Source: an uncultured Mycoplasmatota bacterium (GTDB lineage: Bacteria; Bacillota_I; Bacilli_A; RF39; UBA660). From it: DNA of 64,000 nt. The stretch is taken from positions 1,950 to 65,949 of the forward strand of contig CAMMQC010000004.1 in assembly GCA_946498975.1 (NCBI GenBank). The letters run 5' to 3'. The position numbers and the translations under genes were made by a program. Of this stretch, positions 46,822-59,038 are shown piece after piece; position 1 is the stretch's first letter; each line of letters begins with the position of its first letter. The notes under the pieces were generated by a model. The model searched no databases and was not told where the DNA came from. It was given only the letters and a program-made list of their open reading frames with translations.

Positions 46822-48000
46822 TTATTTTTCAGGGATATTTTTTAGCCCTGGCAATTCTTTTCCTTCTAAATATTCTAAGGTAGCACCTCCACCTGTTGAG
46901 ATATGATATAGTTTATCTGTTACGTTGCAAGATGAAGCGGCTGCGACTATATCTCCTCCACCAAGTACTGTTTTAGCATTAATTTCTGTTAGATATGTTA
47001 ATACATCATTTGTTCCTTTGACATAGTTTTTAAATTCATATACACCTAGTGGTCCATTCCACATAACTGTTTTAGCAGTACTTAAGTTATTTTTAAAGAT
47101 ATTAACAGTATTAGGACCAATATCTAAGCCCATTTCACTATCAGTTAGTTCTGTTATATCTTTAACAGTTCCTTCAGTATCAACATACTCATCATTACAA
47201 ACTACATCTACTGGTAAAATAATTTTATCTTCATTTTCTTTTAATATTTTTTTACAGAAGTCAAGGGACTCTTCATCTAAAAGTGAATTACCAATATTAT
47301 AACCTTCTGCTTTTAAGAAAGTAAAAGCCATGCCTCCACCGATTAGAATCTTATCACATTTAGGAAGTAAATTCTCAATTAGTCCGATCTTATCACTTAC
47401 TTTAGCACCTCCTAATATTATCATAAATGGTCTATCAGGATTAAAAAGATAAGATAAAGCATTTAACTCTTTTTCGACAAGTAGTCCTACACAACTAGGT
47501 AAGTATGTACTTATACCAACATTTGAAGCATGAGCACGATGTAGAGTACCAAAGGCATCGTTAATAAAGATATCTCCTAAACTTGCCCAGTATTTTGCAA
47601 GTTCCATATCGCATCCGCTTTCTTTTTTACCATCTAAATCTTCATAACGAGTATTTTGCATTAGAACAATATCTCCATCTTTCATATTAGAAGTTGCTTG
47701 TTCTAACTCTTCTCCTCTTGTAGAATTTACAAAAGTTACATTTTTATCTAATAGTTCACTAAGTCTTGTTGCAACAACACTAAGGTCATTCTTAGTTTTA
47801 TCTTCTTCTGTTTTTACACGTCCTAAGTGAGACATTAAAATTATTTTAGCATTATGTTCTAGGCAATATTTAATAGTAGGTAAACTCTTTACTATTCTTG
47901 TGTCATCAGTAATCTTTCCTTCTTTAACAGGAACATTAAAATCACATCTAATTATTACTTTTTTATTTTCAATATTAAAATCTTTAACTGTTTTCTTCAT
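46822..48000 (-). CDS. pgk: Phosphoglycerate kinase
   Basis: 392 aa with 'RCDFNVP', 'SHLGRV', 'NDAFGTLHRAHAS' and 'STGGGATLE'. Confidence 0.97.
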   Translation of the reverse strand: MKKTVKDFNIENKKVIIRCDFNVPVKEGKITDDTRIVKSLPTIKYCLEHNAKIILMSHLGRVKTEEDKTKNDLSVVATRLSELLDKNVTFVNSTRGEELEQATSNMKDGDIVLMQNTRYEDLDGKKESGCDMELAKYWASLGDIFINDAFGTLHRAHASNVGISTYLPSCVGLLVEKELNALSYLFNPDRPFMIILGGAKVSDKIGLIENLLPKCDKILIGGGMAFTFLKAEGYNIGNSLLDEESLDFCKKILKENEDKIILPVDVVCNDEYVDTEGTVKDITELTDSEMGLDIGPNTVNIFKNNLSTAKTVMWNGPLGVYEFKNYVKGTNDVLTYLTEINAKTVLGGGDIVAAASSCNVTDKLYHISTGGGATLEYLEGKELPGLKNIPEK

Positions 48001-48021
48001 ATATATAATCCTCCTAATAAT

Positions 48022-48050
48022 ATTGTAGTCTTTTTCTTATATTTTTTCAA
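48022..48050 (-). promoter_or_regulatory. pgk promoter
   Basis: On the minus strand: TTGAAA (48050..48045), a 17-nt spacer, then TACAAT (48027..48022). An AGGAGG RBS follows. Confidence 0.55.
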
Positions 48051-48083
48051 TGCTTCTTACATTTATAACAGTATTGTAATGTC

Positions 48084-48108
48084 AAAAGAAAAAGAGCTTC
48101 AAGCTCTT
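48084..48108 (-). terminator. gap intrinsic terminator
   Basis: The minus strand reads AAGAGCT-tga-AGCTCTT followed by TTTCTTTT. It overlaps the gap stop codon. Confidence 0.65.
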
Positions 48109-49111
48109 ATAGATTGGCAACGTATTTTGCTACTCTTACATACTGTGCAGTATAACTCATTTCATTATCATACCATGCTACTACTTTAACTAGTTGTTCT
48201 CCATCTACTTCACTAATTGATGTAAGTAGACTATCAACTAAACTACCATAGTGCATTCCTATTGTATCACTTGATACGATTGGATCTGTTGTATATCCTA
48301 GAGTTTCATTAGTATTATTTTTTAATACTTCATTGATTTCTTCAACTGTAGTATTTTTATTAAGTTTTAATACTAAGTCAACAACTGAACCTGTAGTTAC
48401 AGGAACTCTCATGGCTGCTCCTTCCATCTTTCCTTCAAGGTTAGGTAATACTTTACCGATAGCAGAAGCTGCTCCAGTTGATGCTGGAACGATATTAGCA
48501 GCACTTGCTCTACCACGACGTGCTTTTATTCCTTTTTTATGAGCAACGTCTAGTGTAGCTTGGTCATTTGTGTAAGCGTGTACTGTTGTCATATATCCTT
48601 GCTTAATACCAAAGTTATCATCTAATACTTTTAGAACAGGTGCAAGACAGTTAGTAGTACAACTAGCAGCAGAGATAATCTTCTCGCTTCCATCTAGTAT
48701 GTCGTGATTAACATTATAAACAATAGTTTTAACATCTCCTTTAGCAGGAGCTGATATAATAACTTTTTTAGCACCAGCATTAATATGAGCCATAGCTTTC
48801 TCATCGCTTGTAAATTTACCAGTACATTCAAGTACAATATCAATATCTAAATCTTTCCATGGTAATAGATTAGGATCTGTTTCAGCATATACTTTAATCT
48901 TCTTATCTCCTACTACAATATTATCTCCTTCAAAAGATATTTCATTTTCTTTATATCTTCTGTGTGAAGTATCATATTTAAGTAAGTATGCAAGTTGTTC
49001 TGCATCTGTTAAATCATTAATAGCTACTACTTCCATTTCTGGATCCTCATCAAGCAATCTAAAAGCTAACCTTCCTATTCTTCCAAACCCATTAATTGCA
49101 ACTTTTTTCAT
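48107..49111 (-). CDS. gap: Glyceraldehyde-3-phosphate dehydrogenase
   Basis: '[14 protein letters not shown]', the catalytic '[12 protein letters not shown]' and 'WYDNEMSY'. The start is set at the ATG behind GAGGAGGAA. The track ORF extends to 49153. Confidence 0.97.
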   Translation of the reverse strand: MKKVAINGFGRIGRLAFRLLDEDPEMEVVAINDLTDAEQLAYLLKYDTSHRRYKENEISFEGDNIVVGDKKIKVYAETDPNLLPWKDLDIDIVLECTGKFTSDEKAMAHINAGAKKVIISAPAKGDVKTIVYNVNHDILDGSEKIISAASCTTNCLAPVLKVLDDNFGIKQGYMTTVHAYTNDQATLDVAHKKGIKARRGRASAANIVPASTGAASAIGKVLPNLEGKMEGAAMRVPVTTGSVVDLVLKLNKNTTVEEINEVLKNNTNETLGYTTDPIVSSDTIGMHYGSLVDSLLTSISEVDGEQLVKVVAWYDNEMSYTAQYVRVAKYVANL

Positions 49112-49115
49112 ATTC

Positions 49116-49271
49116 TTATTCCTCCTCTTCATCACTTGGTACAAACATACCATCTTCTTTTTCCACAGTTTTTACTGGGGAATCTTTTTCTATTCCATTA
49201 TTGTAGGCTAAAACCATAACAGCGATAAGTACAACAACAAATATTCCTATAAATATTAGCATTGTACTCAT
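49116..49271 (-). CDS. Small single-TM protein with an acidic tail (about 51 aa)
   Basis: '[23 protein letters not shown]...VPSDEEEE'. An AGAGG RBS lies 7 nt upstream of this ATG. The ORF stop is 4 nt from the gap ATG. It is short, so support is modest. Confidence 0.4.
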   Translation of the reverse strand: MSTMLIFIGIFVVVLIAVMVLAYNNGIEKDSPVKTVEKEDGMFVPSDEEEE

Positions 49272-49316
49272 ACCAAAACCTCTATTATTAAGTTTACCCA
49301 TTTTATCACCTTCTTA

Positions 49317-49919
49317 TTAAATTATTTCAACGGCAGCGAATTTATTGATAATTTCTTGATATATTTGATACCAAGAATATACTCTAATAACATTTTTACC
49401 TGTACAATCTTGATTGTATGGGGCATCAAAAACCATAACGGGAATTATTTTAGAAATATCATCTACATTACTAGCTTTATCTTCTATCATTAGGTCAAGG
49501 CCTATACTTAGACATTTTTCTCTTTTATTACTTGTATTAATTACTAGCTCATCATATTCAACATTATACTTATTTAACCAAGCTTTAACATAGTAATCTA
49601 TCATACCACTATATTGATGAGTTAAATACTGATTATCACGTGCTGATAATATTATTATTTTGTGTCCATCTTTACGTAGTTTATGAATAACTTCACTAGC
49701 ATAAGGTCTTATTGGAATGGCGATTAATAAATCAAAGATATATTGCCGCCAAAACTCTATGTTCTCTTCACTTGTTAAGTGGAATTGATCTTCCATATAA
49801 TAACCTTTAGGATTAAAGCCTCGGTTTATATTTTGTTCTAAACAAAACTTAGAGCCACAGGCAAAATGCCACTCTGCTACATCGTTTAATACGCCATCTA
49901 AATCAACACCTATACGCAT
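49317..49919 (-). CDS. HAD-superfamily hydrolase, 5'(3')-deoxyribonucleotidase-like
   Basis: It has the DxDxV nucleophile motif 'MRIGVDLDGVLND'. 'IILSAR' and 'IEDK' match HAD motifs II-IV. Confidence 0.6.
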   Translation of the reverse strand: MRIGVDLDGVLNDVAEWHFACGSKFCLEQNINRGFNPKGYYMEDQFHLTSEENIEFWRQYIFDLLIAIPIRPYASEVIHKLRKDGHKIIILSARDNQYLTHQYSGMIDYYVKAWLNKYNVEYDELVINTSNKREKCLSIGLDLMIEDKASNVDDISKIIPVMVFDAPYNQDCTGKNVIRVYSWYQIYQEIINKFAAVEII

Positions 49920-50001
49920 TTTAACCAATCCCTTCTTATATCATTGTAACAAATGTTACCTAAAAATAAAAGAGAAGTGAATAAATTTGACAAGAGTATA
50001 C

Positions 50002-50028
50002 AAAAAAGGAATAGGATTAACCTATTCC
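50002..50028 (-). terminator. rpoC intrinsic terminator
   Basis: The minus strand reads GGAATAGG-ttaat-CCTATTCC followed by TTTTTTG. The stem overlaps the TAG stop. Confidence 0.8.
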
Positions 50029-53000
50029 ATAAATTCATCTTCTAGTTTTTCTAATGGTTCTTCATCAGCGAACTCATCTTCTAGAGTATATTCTACATCA
50101 CGGTATTTCTTTAGACCTGTTCCTGCTGGTATTAATTTACCAATTAGAACGTTTTCTTTTAATCCTTCAAGATGGTCTACTTTACCATGAATTGCGGCAT
50201 CTGTTAAGATTCTTGTTGTCTCTTGGAATGAAGCTGCTGATAAGAATGAGTCTGTTTCAAGAGAAGCTTTAGTAATACCAAGTAGTACTGGACGACCTGT
50301 TGCAGGACGTTTACCACTGATGATTACTTCTTTATTACCTTCTGTAAATTCTCTAAAGTTAACTAGAGAACCAGGTAAGAACTTAGTATCTCCTCCTTCA
50401 ACGATTCTAATCTTAGAAATCATACGGCGAGCGATAATTTCAATATGTTTATCAGCGATATCAACACCTTGAGAACGATATGTGTTTTGTACTTCTTTTA
50501 AGATGTACTCTTGTGTTGTAATTGGATCTGTTACATCTAGTAATTCTTTTGGTGAGATAGCTCCTTCTGTTAATTTATCTCCACAAGAAACTGTATCACC
50601 TTTTTCTACACAAAGTTTAGCACCATAGTTAGTTGTATGTTCTTTAGTTTCAACTTTGTTTGTAATACTGATTTTATATTTACCGTGATCTTCAGCAATT
50701 TTTGTAACTTTACCATCAATTTCAGCGATAGTTGCTTTACCTTTAGGATTACGTGCTTCGAATAACTCTTGAACACGTGGAAGACCTTGAGTAATATCTT
50801 CACCACCAGCAACTCCACCTGTATGGAATGTACGCATGGTAAGTTGGGTACCAGGTTCACCAATTGATTGAGCAGCCATAACACCAACTGCTTCACCAAT
50901 TTCAACGATATTACCTGTTGCAAGGTTTCTACCATAACATTTACGGCATACACCTTTTTCAGTGTTACATGTAAGAATTGATCTAATTTCAACTTCTTCA
51001 ATACCTGCTGCAACTATTTTATCAGCAAGTGCTTCTGTGATATATTCATCTTTATCAACAATTACTTCTTTTGTTTCAGGATTAATTACTTTCTTGCTAG
51101 CAAATCTACCAACAATACGGTCATATAGACTTTCAATAACTGCTCCTGTTTTTTCATTAACAAAGTCTCGAGCTACAACACCTTGTTCAGTACCACAGTC
51201 TTCTTCTTTAACGATGATATCTTGAGATACATCAACAAGACGACGTGTTAAGTAACCTGAGTCTGCTGTTTTTAATGCTGTATCGGCACTACCTTTACGT
51301 GCAGAGTGTGTTGATAAGAAGAATTCTGATACTGATAGTCCTTCTTTAAAGTTTGAGATAACTGGTATTTCAATTGGGTCTCCATTAGGTTTTTGCATTA
51401 GTCCACGCATACCAGCAACTTGAGTAAACTGAGAAATACTACCACGTGCTTTAGAGTGCATCATGATGAAGATTGGGTTATCTACTTGTTCTTTAGAGAT
51501 ATCTTCAAGTTCAGCTTGAACTTTATCTTTAACTCCGTACCAAGTTTCAATAACTTTCTCATGGCGTTCTTCTTCAGTGATTAAACCACGAGTATATTGT
51601 TTATTAATCTTATTAACTAAAGCTTGTCCTTCATCTATATATTCTTGTTTATGTTCACTTGTTGCAACATCACTCATTGATATTGTGATACCAGCGATAG
51701 TTGAGTAATAGAATCCTAAATCTTTCATCTTATCAAGCATTTCTGATGTTTCTGTAGTCTTATAACGTTTAAATACTTGGTCGATTACTTTTTCAAGTGT
51801 TCCTTTAGCGAAAGGTTTTACTAAAGGCATTTTACTAATTTCTTCTTTAATATTAGCACCTTTAGGTAAGAAATACTTATTAGGTGTAATATTTTGAATA
51901 TTATCATCAGTTGGTTCATTAATATATGGGAATGAATCTGGTAGGATTTCATTAAATTTAATTTTACCAACAGTTGTTATTAAGTATTTACCTTTTTGTG
52001 ATGATGTAAATAACTTGTATTTAAATGAATCTACAGGAACGGCAATTCTTGTATGAAGAGTTATTTCACGTCTTTCATAAGCCATTAGAGCTTCATTAGA
52101 GTTTTTAAAGACTCTTCCTTCTCCATCTTCGCCGGCTTTTTCCATAGTTATATAGTAGTTACCTAAAACCATGTCTTGAGCTGGAGTAACGATTGGTTTT
52201 CCGTCAGATGGTTTCAAGATGTTTCCTGAACCTAACATTAGAGTTCTTGCTTCTGCCCCAGCTTCTTCAGAAAGTGGTACGTGTACTGCCATTTGGTCTC
52301 CATCGAAGTCAGCATTGAAAGCAGGACAAACTAATGGATGTAGTCTTATCGCTTTACCACCTACTAAGATTGGTTCAAATGCTTGGATACCTAATCTATG
52401 TAGTGTAGGGGCACGGTTTAATAATACAGGATGTTCTTTAATTACATCTTCTACAATATCCCAAACTACTGGATCTCTATTTTCAATAAGACGTTTAGCA
52501 GCTTTGATATTGTGAGCGATATCACGGTCTACTAAGCCATTGATAACGTGTGGTTTAAATAATTCTAGTGCCATTTCTTTTGGAATACCACATTGATACA
52601 TCTTAAGTGATGGTCCAACAACGATAACTGAACGACCAGAATAGTCAACACGTTTACCTAATAGGTTTTGACGGAAACGTCCTTGTTTACCTTTTAACAT
52701 GCTAGAAAGTGATTTCAAAGCACGATTTCCTGCACCTGTTACACTTCTACCACGACGTCCATTATCAAATAGGGCATCAACAGCTTCTTGTAACATACGT
52801 TTTTCATTTTGAATAATGATACCAGGGGCACCTAAATCAATAAGTTTCTTTAAACGATTATTACGGTTAATAACACGACGATATAAGTCATTTAAATCAC
52901 TTGTTGCAAAACGTCCACCGTCTAATTGAATCATAGGACGAAGTTCTGGAGGTATTACGGGAATACAGTCTAGAATCATCCATTCAGGTTTTTGATCAGA

Positions 53001-53654
53001 ACGATAGAATGCATCTAGAACATCTAGTCTTTTTAATAGTCTTGTTCTTTTTTGTCCTTGAGCATTTTCTAGTTCCTTATTTATTTCATCAATATCATGT
53101 TTTAAGTCTACTTTCTTAAGTAGTTCTTTAATCGCTTCTGCACCCATACCTACTTTAAATCCGTTACCATATTTTTCATAGTATGCACGATATTCTTTTT
53201 CTGATAGGGTTTGTTTGTTTTCTAAAGGAGCATTTCCTTTATCAATTACAACATAACTAACAAAGTATAATACTTCTTCTAGGTCTCTAGGACTCATATC
53301 AAGAACAAGTCCCATTCTTGAAGGAACTCCTTTAAAGAACCAGATATGAGAGACAGGACTAGCAAGTTCAATGTGTCCCATTCTCTCACGTCTTACTTTA
53401 GATTGGGTTACTTCAACACCACAACGGTCACAAACTATATTTTTATAACGAACTCTTTTGTATTTTCCACAAGCACATTCATAATCTTTAGTTGGTCCAA
53501 AGATTTTTTCACAGAACAAACCATCACGTTCTGGACGAAGAGTACGGTAGTTAATCGTTTCTGGTTTCTTTACTTCACCGTAACTCCATTCACGAATTTT
53601 TTCAGGAGAAGCGATACCAATTTTAATAGCATCAAATTTATTTACTTCTATCAT
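50022..53654 (-). CDS. rpoC: DNA-directed RNA polymerase subunit beta'
   Basis: 1210 aa with the zinc motif '[23 protein letters not shown]' and the catalytic '[12 protein letters not shown]'. Confidence 0.99.
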   Translation of the reverse strand: MIEVNKFDAIKIGIASPEKIREWSYGEVKKPETINYRTLRPERDGLFCEKIFGPTKDYECACGKYKRVRYKNIVCDRCGVEVTQSKVRRERMGHIELASPVSHIWFFKGVPSRMGLVLDMSPRDLEEVLYFVSYVVIDKGNAPLENKQTLSEKEYRAYYEKYGNGFKVGMGAEAIKELLKKVDLKHDIDEINKELENAQGQKRTRLLKRLDVLDAFYRSDQKPEWMILDCIPVIPPELRPMIQLDGGRFATSDLNDLYRRVINRNNRLKKLIDLGAPGIIIQNEKRMLQEAVDALFDNGRRGRSVTGAGNRALKSLSSMLKGKQGRFRQNLLGKRVDYSGRSVIVVGPSLKMYQCGIPKEMALELFKPHVINGLVDRDIAHNIKAAKRLIENRDPVVWDIVEDVIKEHPVLLNRAPTLHRLGIQAFEPILVGGKAIRLHPLVCPAFNADFDGDQMAVHVPLSEEAGAEARTLMLGSGNILKPSDGKPIVTPAQDMVLGNYYITMEKAGEDGEGRVFKNSNEALMAYERREITLHTRIAVPVDSFKYKLFTSSQKGKYLITTVGKIKFNEILPDSFPYINEPTDDNIQNITPNKYFLPKGANIKEEISKMPLVKPFAKGTLEKVIDQVFKRYKTTETSEMLDKMKDLGFYYSTIAGITISMSDVATSEHKQEYIDEGQALVNKINKQYTRGLITEEERHEKVIETWYGVKDKVQAELEDISKEQVDNPIFIMMHSKARGSISQFTQVAGMRGLMQKPNGDPIEIPVISNFKEGLSVSEFFLSTHSARKGSADTALKTADSGYLTRRLVDVSQDIIVKEEDCGTEQGVVARDFVNEKTGAVIESLYDRIVGRFASKKVINPETKEVIVDKDEYITEALADKIVAAGIEEVEIRSILTCNTEKGVCRKCYGRNLATGNIVEIGEAVGVMAAQSIGEPGTQLTMRTFHTGGVAGGEDITQGLPRVQELFEARNPKGKATIAEIDGKVTKIAEDHGKYKISITNKVETKEHTTNYGAKLCVEKGDTVSCGDKLTEGAISPKELLDVTDPITTQEYILKEVQNTYRSQGVDIADKHIEIIARRMISKIRIVEGGDTKFLPGSLVNFREFTEGNKEVIISGKRPATGRPVLLGITKASLETDSFLSAASFQETTRILTDAAIHGKVDHLEGLKENVLIGKLIPAGTGLKKYRDVEYTLEDEFADEEPLEKLEDEFME

Positions 53655-56600
53655 TATTCTTCATCTCCTTTACTAAGTTCGTCTTCTACATTTATTATAT
53701 CTTCTTCGAAGTCTTCATCATCTGTTTCTTCGTCATCTTCAGTTTCAGAAGTTTCTTCTTTAGCATCTTCTGTATTTATTTTAGTGATGTTTACTTCTTC
53801 ATTTAGCGGTTCTCCCACATCATCATCACTTTCTTCTATTTGTTTTAAGCCAAGAGACTCTCCATCTTCATTGATGATTGAAATATCAAGTCCTAAAGCT
53901 TGGAATTCTTTCATTAATACTCTAAATGATTCTGGAACTCCTGCTCTATTTACTTCTTCGCCTTTAACTATCGCTTCATAGACTTTAACACGACCAATGA
54001 CATCATCTGATTTAACGGTCATCATTTCTTGAAGGGTATAGGCTGCACCATAAGCATATAGAGCCCAAACTTCCATTTCTCCGAATCTTTGTCCACCAAA
54101 TTGAGCTTTACCTCCAAGTGGTTGTTGAGTTACTAATGAGTAAGGTCCCGTACTTCTTGCATGTAGTTTATCATCAACCATGTGGTGTAGTTTAATCATA
54201 TACATTACACCAACAGAGATACGGTTATCGAATGGTTCTCCTGTACGTCCATCGTATAGAACTGTTTTACCATCTTTATCCATTCCAGCTTCTTCCATGA
54301 TTTCTTCAATATCATCGATATGAGCACCATCGAAGACTGGAGTTGCAATATGTACGCCTAATTTCTTAGCAGCCATACCCATATGTAATTCTAGGATTTG
54401 TCCTAAGTTCATACGAGATGGAACACCTTGTGGGTTAAGCATAATATCTACTGGACGTCCATCTGGTAAGTAAGGCATATCTTCTTGAGGTAATATTAAG
54501 GAAATTACACCTTTATTACCATGACGACCTGACATTTTATCTCCTACTTGAATCTTACGTTTTTGAATGATGTAAACTCTAATTACTTTAGATACACCTG
54601 CTGGTAGTTCATCATTATCTTTACGAGAGTAAATCTTAATATCATGAACTATACCATCTCCACCGTGAGGAACACGAAGTGATGTATCTCTTACTTCACG
54701 AGTCTTTTCACCAAATATTGCATGTAATAGTTTTTCTTCGCTAGATAATTCAGCCATTCCTTTTGGAGTTACTTTACCAACTAAGATATCTCCTTCTTTA
54801 ACTTCAGTACCGATTGTTACGATACCATTTTCATCAAGATTCTTCTTAGCTTCTTCACTAACGTTTGGAATATCACGAGTAATTTCTTCTGGTCCTAGTT
54901 TAGTTTCACGACATTGCATCTCATAGTCTTCTAGATGTAGAGATGTATATTTATCATCTTTAACTAGGTTTTCATTAAGGATTACAGCATCCTCATAGTT
55001 ATATCCATTGTAAGTCATGAAAGCGACTACAACGTTTTTACCTAAAGCAAGTTCTCCATTATCACAACTGTTACCATCAGCGATAATGTCACCCATTTTA
55101 ACTTTATCACCAACTCTAACGATTGGTCTTTGATGTGAACAAATACTAGAGTTTGCAAGTTCAAAGTTTGCTAGATAATATGTATCTTTTCCTTTGGCAT
55201 TAGCGACAATTATCTTCTTAGCATCAACATAGTCAACAATACCATCTGCTTTAGCGATAATACATACTCCTGAATCTTTAGCAGCGATATGTTCAACACC
55301 TGTTCCAATGAATGGAGCTTCTGTTTTTAATAGTGGCATTGCTTGACGTTGCATGTTAGCACCCATCAAGGCACGAGTTGCATCGTCATGCTCTAGGAAT
55401 GGAATACAACTTGTTGTTACTGATACAACTTGTTGAGGTGATACATCGATATAGTCAACTTGTTCTGGTTTTGCAAGAATATTTTCATCACGGAATCTTG
55501 CAGCGACTGTTTTATCAATGATTACGTTATCTTCATTTGTATTTACTGTTGATTCAGAAATAATATAGTCTTGTTCTTCATCTGCTGTGAAGTAAACTAC
55601 TTCATCTGTTATCTTACAATCAACAACTTTACGATATGGAGTCATTATAAATCCATATTCATCTATTTTGGCATAACTTGCAAGAGATGTAATAAGTCCA
55701 ATGTTTTGTCCTTCTGGTGACTCGATAGGACAGATTCTACCATAGTGTGATGCATTAACGTCACGTACTTCTACACCAGCTCTATCACGAGAAAGTCCTC
55801 CTGGTCCTAAAGCTGATAAACGACGTTTATTAGTAAGTTCAGCGATAGGGTTAGTTTGGTCCATAAATTGTGATAATTGAGATGAACCAAAGAACTCTTT
55901 CATAGCAGCAGTTACTGGTCTAATGTTGATTAATGTCTTAGGTGTTACTTCTTCCATTTCTTGAGTAGTCATTCTCTCACGAATAACTCTTTCCATACGA
56001 GAAATACCAATTCTAAATTGATTTTGTAATAATTCTCCTACTTGTCTAATACGACGGTTACCTAAATGGTCGATTTCATCATAATTACCAACACCATGTA
56101 AAAGGTTTAAGTAATAAGAAGTTGCAGCATAAACATCTGATATTGTTAAACGTTTAGAATCAATTGTTTGGTCATTACCAATAACAATTAGTTTTTTCTT
56201 CTTATCAAATGGATCATAAATAGTAACTTTTTGAATCTTGTTATAGGTATCAAGTTCATCATTAATTTTAACTTCTTCTACACCATAACCATTGGCAAAG
56301 ATTTCTCTTAAATCTTCTAAAACATCTTTAGTTACAACTGTTCCTTTAGCAAATTTAGTTTCTCCATCTACAATAATATCTTCTGCTAATGTTTGATTTA
56401 ATAGACGGTCAACGATATTTAATTTACGATTAAATTTATAACGTCCTACTTTTGCTAAATCATATCTAAATTCATCAAAGAATCTAGTTATAATATGGTT
56501 TTTAGATGAATCTAGTGTTGCTGGTTCACCTGGTCTTAATTTTTCATATATTTCAATTAATGCTTCATCTAAGTTTTTAGTAGCATCTTTAGCGATAGTA

Positions 56601-57256
56601 TTCTTAAGGAAATCATCTTCTCCAAATAGTTTTAAGATATCATCATCACTAGAAAGACCAAAAGCACGTAATAATGTTGTTAAGGTTACTTTTCTAGTTC
56701 TATCTATTCTTACATATAATACATCTCTAGCATCTGCTTCAAATTCTAACCATGTACCACGTGTAGGAATGATTTGAGATGTGATTAACTCACGTCCATT
56801 CTTATCAATTTCTCTATTATAATAGACACTTGGTGAACGAACTAATTGTGAAACGATAACACGTTCTGCTCCATTTATTATAAATGTTCCACTATCAGTC
56901 ATAATAGGCATATCACCTAAGAAAATTTCTTGTTCTTTAACTTCCCCTGTCTCACGATTAAAAAGACGCACTTCTACCTTTAGTGGTGCTGCATAAGTAG
57001 TTTCTCTATCTTTGCTAGCTTTAATAGAATATCTTGGTTCTTCAAAATGATAATCACCAAACTCTAAAGATAGTGTACCTGAAAAGTTTTCAACTGGAAA
57101 TAAGTCTTCAAAAACTTCTTTTATTCCTGTTGTAACAAACCAATCATATGATTTCTTTTGAATCTCTAATAAATCCTTTAGCTCATAAGTATTTCTTATT
57201 CTTGAATAATTTCTTCTTTCACGTTTTTTTCCATATTTTACAATTTTATATGACAC
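53654..57256 (-). CDS. rpoB: DNA-directed RNA polymerase subunit beta
   Basis: 1200 aa with the Rif-cluster region '[16 protein letters not shown]' and 'GRHGNKGV'. It has a GTG start behind GGGGTGA. Its stop shares one nt with the rpoC ATG. Confidence 0.99.
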   Translation of the reverse strand: MSYKIVKYGKKRERRNYSRIRNTYELKDLLEIQKKSYDWFVTTGIKEVFEDLFPVENFSGTLSLEFGDYHFEEPRYSIKASKDRETTYAAPLKVEVRLFNRETGEVKEQEIFLGDMPIMTDSGTFIINGAERVIVSQLVRSPSVYYNREIDKNGRELITSQIIPTRGTWLEFEADARDVLYVRIDRTRKVTLTTLLRAFGLSSDDDILKLFGEDDFLKNTIAKDATKNLDEALIEIYEKLRPGEPATLDSSKNHIITRFFDEFRYDLAKVGRYKFNRKLNIVDRLLNQTLAEDIIVDGETKFAKGTVVTKDVLEDLREIFANGYGVEEVKINDELDTYNKIQKVTIYDPFDKKKKLIVIGNDQTIDSKRLTISDVYAATSYYLNLLHGVGNYDEIDHLGNRRIRQVGELLQNQFRIGISRMERVIRERMTTQEMEEVTPKTLINIRPVTAAMKEFFGSSQLSQFMDQTNPIAELTNKRRLSALGPGGLSRDRAGVEVRDVNASHYGRICPIESPEGQNIGLITSLASYAKIDEYGFIMTPYRKVVDCKITDEVVYFTADEEQDYIISESTVNTNEDNVIIDKTVAARFRDENILAKPEQVDYIDVSPQQVVSVTTSCIPFLEHDDATRALMGANMQRQAMPLLKTEAPFIGTGVEHIAAKDSGVCIIAKADGIVDYVDAKKIIVANAKGKDTYYLANFELANSSICSHQRPIVRVGDKVKMGDIIADGNSCDNGELALGKNVVVAFMTYNGYNYEDAVILNENLVKDDKYTSLHLEDYEMQCRETKLGPEEITRDIPNVSEEAKKNLDENGIVTIGTEVKEGDILVGKVTPKGMAELSSEEKLLHAIFGEKTREVRDTSLRVPHGGDGIVHDIKIYSRKDNDELPAGVSKVIRVYIIQKRKIQVGDKMSGRHGNKGVISLILPQEDMPYLPDGRPVDIMLNPQGVPSRMNLGQILELHMGMAAKKLGVHIATPVFDGAHIDDIEEIMEEAGMDKDGKTVLYDGRTGEPFDNRISVGVMYMIKLHHMVDDKLHARSTGPYSLVTQQPLGGKAQFGGQRFGEMEVWALYAYGAAYTLQEMMTVKSDDVIGRVKVYEAIVKGEEVNRAGVPESFRVLMKEFQALGLDISIINEDGESLGLKQIEESDDDVGEPLNEEVNITKINTEDAKEETSETEDDEETDDEDFEEDIINVEDELSKGDEE

Positions 57257-57351
57257 TAAAATTCACCCCATTACCATAGTTTTTTTACATTTATTATTCC
57301 AAAAAATAATACATTGCCAATTTATATTATTAACATAACTTTATCAACAAG

Positions 57352-57942
57352 TCAACACTTTTTTGCACTAATTATATAAAAACCTTTACTTTTACTAACA
57401 ATACTTACATCATAATATTTTTTTAAGTCGAGAATTGCCGATTTTGCTCCTTGTTCTTTTCTTATTACTAAGTACAAAGTTCCATCAGGTTCTAAATGAT
57501 TTCTAGCATTTAGCAAGATATCATAGACTATTTTTTTACCTGCTCTAATCGGAGGATTTGTGATAATAGTCTTATACTTTTTCGTGACATTTTTATAACA
57601 GTCACTAAGGAATACATTTATATTAATACATTTATTTTCTTTAACATTTCTTTTAGACAGATGCAATGCTCTTTTATTAACATCTATCATATCTACATCT
57701 AAATTAGTCTTTTTATTAACAATAATGCCTAGCACCCCATAGCCACAACCAACATCTAGTACTGGTCCTTTTAATTCTTCATACGGCAGAGACTCTAAAA
57801 GTAATCTACTACCATAATCTAGACCGTGTTTAGCGAAAACGCCATTATCCGTATAAAAAATAAAATTCTGATTAAAGAGTGTTGTTGTAGTCTTTTTTAA
57901 ATTACTAGGGAGATTCTGGTCATTTTCAAAATAATGACTCAT
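57352..57942 (-). CDS. Class I SAM-dependent methyltransferase (YbxB/RsmC-like)
   Basis: It has 'VLDVGCGYGVLG' (motif I) and 'IITNPPIRAGK' (NPP motif). Its position upstream of rpoB is conserved, as in Bacillus. The start is set behind the GAGGTGA RBS. The track ORF extends to 57978. Confidence 0.8.
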   Translation of the reverse strand: MSHYFENDQNLPSNLKKTTTTLFNQNFIFYTDNGVFAKHGLDYGSRLLLESLPYEELKGPVLDVGCGYGVLGIIVNKKTNLDVDMIDVNKRALHLSKRNVKENKCININVFLSDCYKNVTKKYKTIITNPPIRAGKKIVYDILLNARNHLEPDGTLYLVIRKEQGAKSAILDLKKYYDVSIVSKSKGFYIISAKKC

Positions 57943-58033
57943 TAACATCACCTCAAAACAAAGAAAGAGACAAGCCATTATACAAAAGTATATAGTTTGT
58001 CTCCTTTCGTAGTGTTATAATACACTATTTTTT

Positions 58034-58978
58034 CTATTTCGTCAACACTTTTTTTCGAAGTTGTTTCTGAAAATTACCATTTGACAGTTTAGAAGTTATA
58101 TCAAGATAGTCAGAGCTTCTTAAATATTCTTTTTCAATATCATCATCATAAAGTGCATAGTTAGTAAATTCTTCTTTAAATATTGAGAGGAAAATATTAA
58201 TATCTTCTTTATCAAACTTGCCCCATGAATAAAATTCAACTAAAACATTCACATAAACATCAACTAAATAATTTGATAATATATTCATAATTTGGATAGA
58301 TTTTTTTATATTATTTCTATATATACTTAGTTTATCCACAAAACTAATGAATGCAATTGCCTCTTCATCAGATGAAAACTTTGATAAGTATTTAATTATT
58401 GCATACAAATTATTAGAAGCATATAAATCTTGCATATTTTCTTCTCCTAATATTAGCTCAGTTTTCCTAGCAATATTTGCTTCTATCATATACAAAACTA
58501 CACTATCAAAGTATCGATTCGCTAATAAGTCTGTGTATCCTTCACTTAATCTTCTCGCTATATCAGTATGTATATTTGTATAATTAAAGCCAGAATATAT
58601 TGAGAAAATATTTTCCTTATAAGTGGTAAAAGCATGAAACAATTCATGATATATGGAGTCCTCTATTCTTTTTCCTGCATAAATTTTATTGTTAAAAATA
58701 TCATAACTTGCTTCACTAGTTGGAAATAGTAAAGTTTGCAATATTGGTTTTTGTTTAATAGCTAATGTTTCTAATTTTTCATTTGGATTTCTAAAATTAA
58801 AGTTAGTGCTAGTCTTTTTAACAAACTCTTTTATGTATGGTTTATATTTTTCATCTATTGTTAATTCATCAATATCTACTGTTATCTCCTGTTTATCTTC
58901 AGTCTGCTCTACAGGCTTTATATTTTTAAGTAAATATTCAAATTTTATTTTATTAATCTTCAAATTGTTTATTGCCAT
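58034..58978 (-). CDS. Hypothetical protein with an HExxH motif (possible zinc metallopeptidase)
   Basis: 314 aa. 'SIYHELFHAFTT' is followed about 30 aa later by 'RLSEGYTD'. No family recognised. Confidence 0.45.
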   Translation of the reverse strand: MAINNLKINKIKFEYLLKNIKPVEQTEDKQEITVDIDELTIDEKYKPYIKEFVKKTSTNFNFRNPNEKLETLAIKQKPILQTLLFPTSEASYDIFNNKIYAGKRIEDSIYHELFHAFTTYKENIFSIYSGFNYTNIHTDIARRLSEGYTDLLANRYFDSVVLYMIEANIARKTELILGEENMQDLYASNNLYAIIKYLSKFSSDEEAIAFISFVDKLSIYRNNIKKSIQIMNILSNYLVDVYVNVLVEFYSWGKFDKEDINIFLSIFKEEFTNYALYDDDIEKEYLRSSDYLDITSKLSNGNFQKQLRKKVLTK

Positions 58979-59038
58979 TAGTAGTCCTCTTTTCTAATGT
59001 GTTTTATATTAACACAAATTAAATAGAAAGAAAAGTCT

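Noticed and set aside
50606-51013. A 135-aa minus-strand ORF in an alternative frame inside rpoC, plus several plus-strand ORFs (50054-50272, 50962-51225, 52219-52515).
   Set aside because: They are fully embedded in rpoC, whose frame is unambiguously conserved. They have no independent RBS or promoter.
53654-53840. The acidic C-terminal tail of RpoB as an unusual feature.
   Set aside because: As far as I recall, Bacillus-type RpoB proteins also end in a long acidic tail. So this is probably lineage-typical rather than novel.
53346-53981. A 211-aa plus-strand ORF spanning the rpoB/rpoC junction, with long Ser runs.
   Set aside because: It is antisense to the acidic tail of rpoB and the N-terminus of rpoC. 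The Ser-rich translation is just the reverse complement of GAA/GAT-rich coding sequence. No start signals are present.
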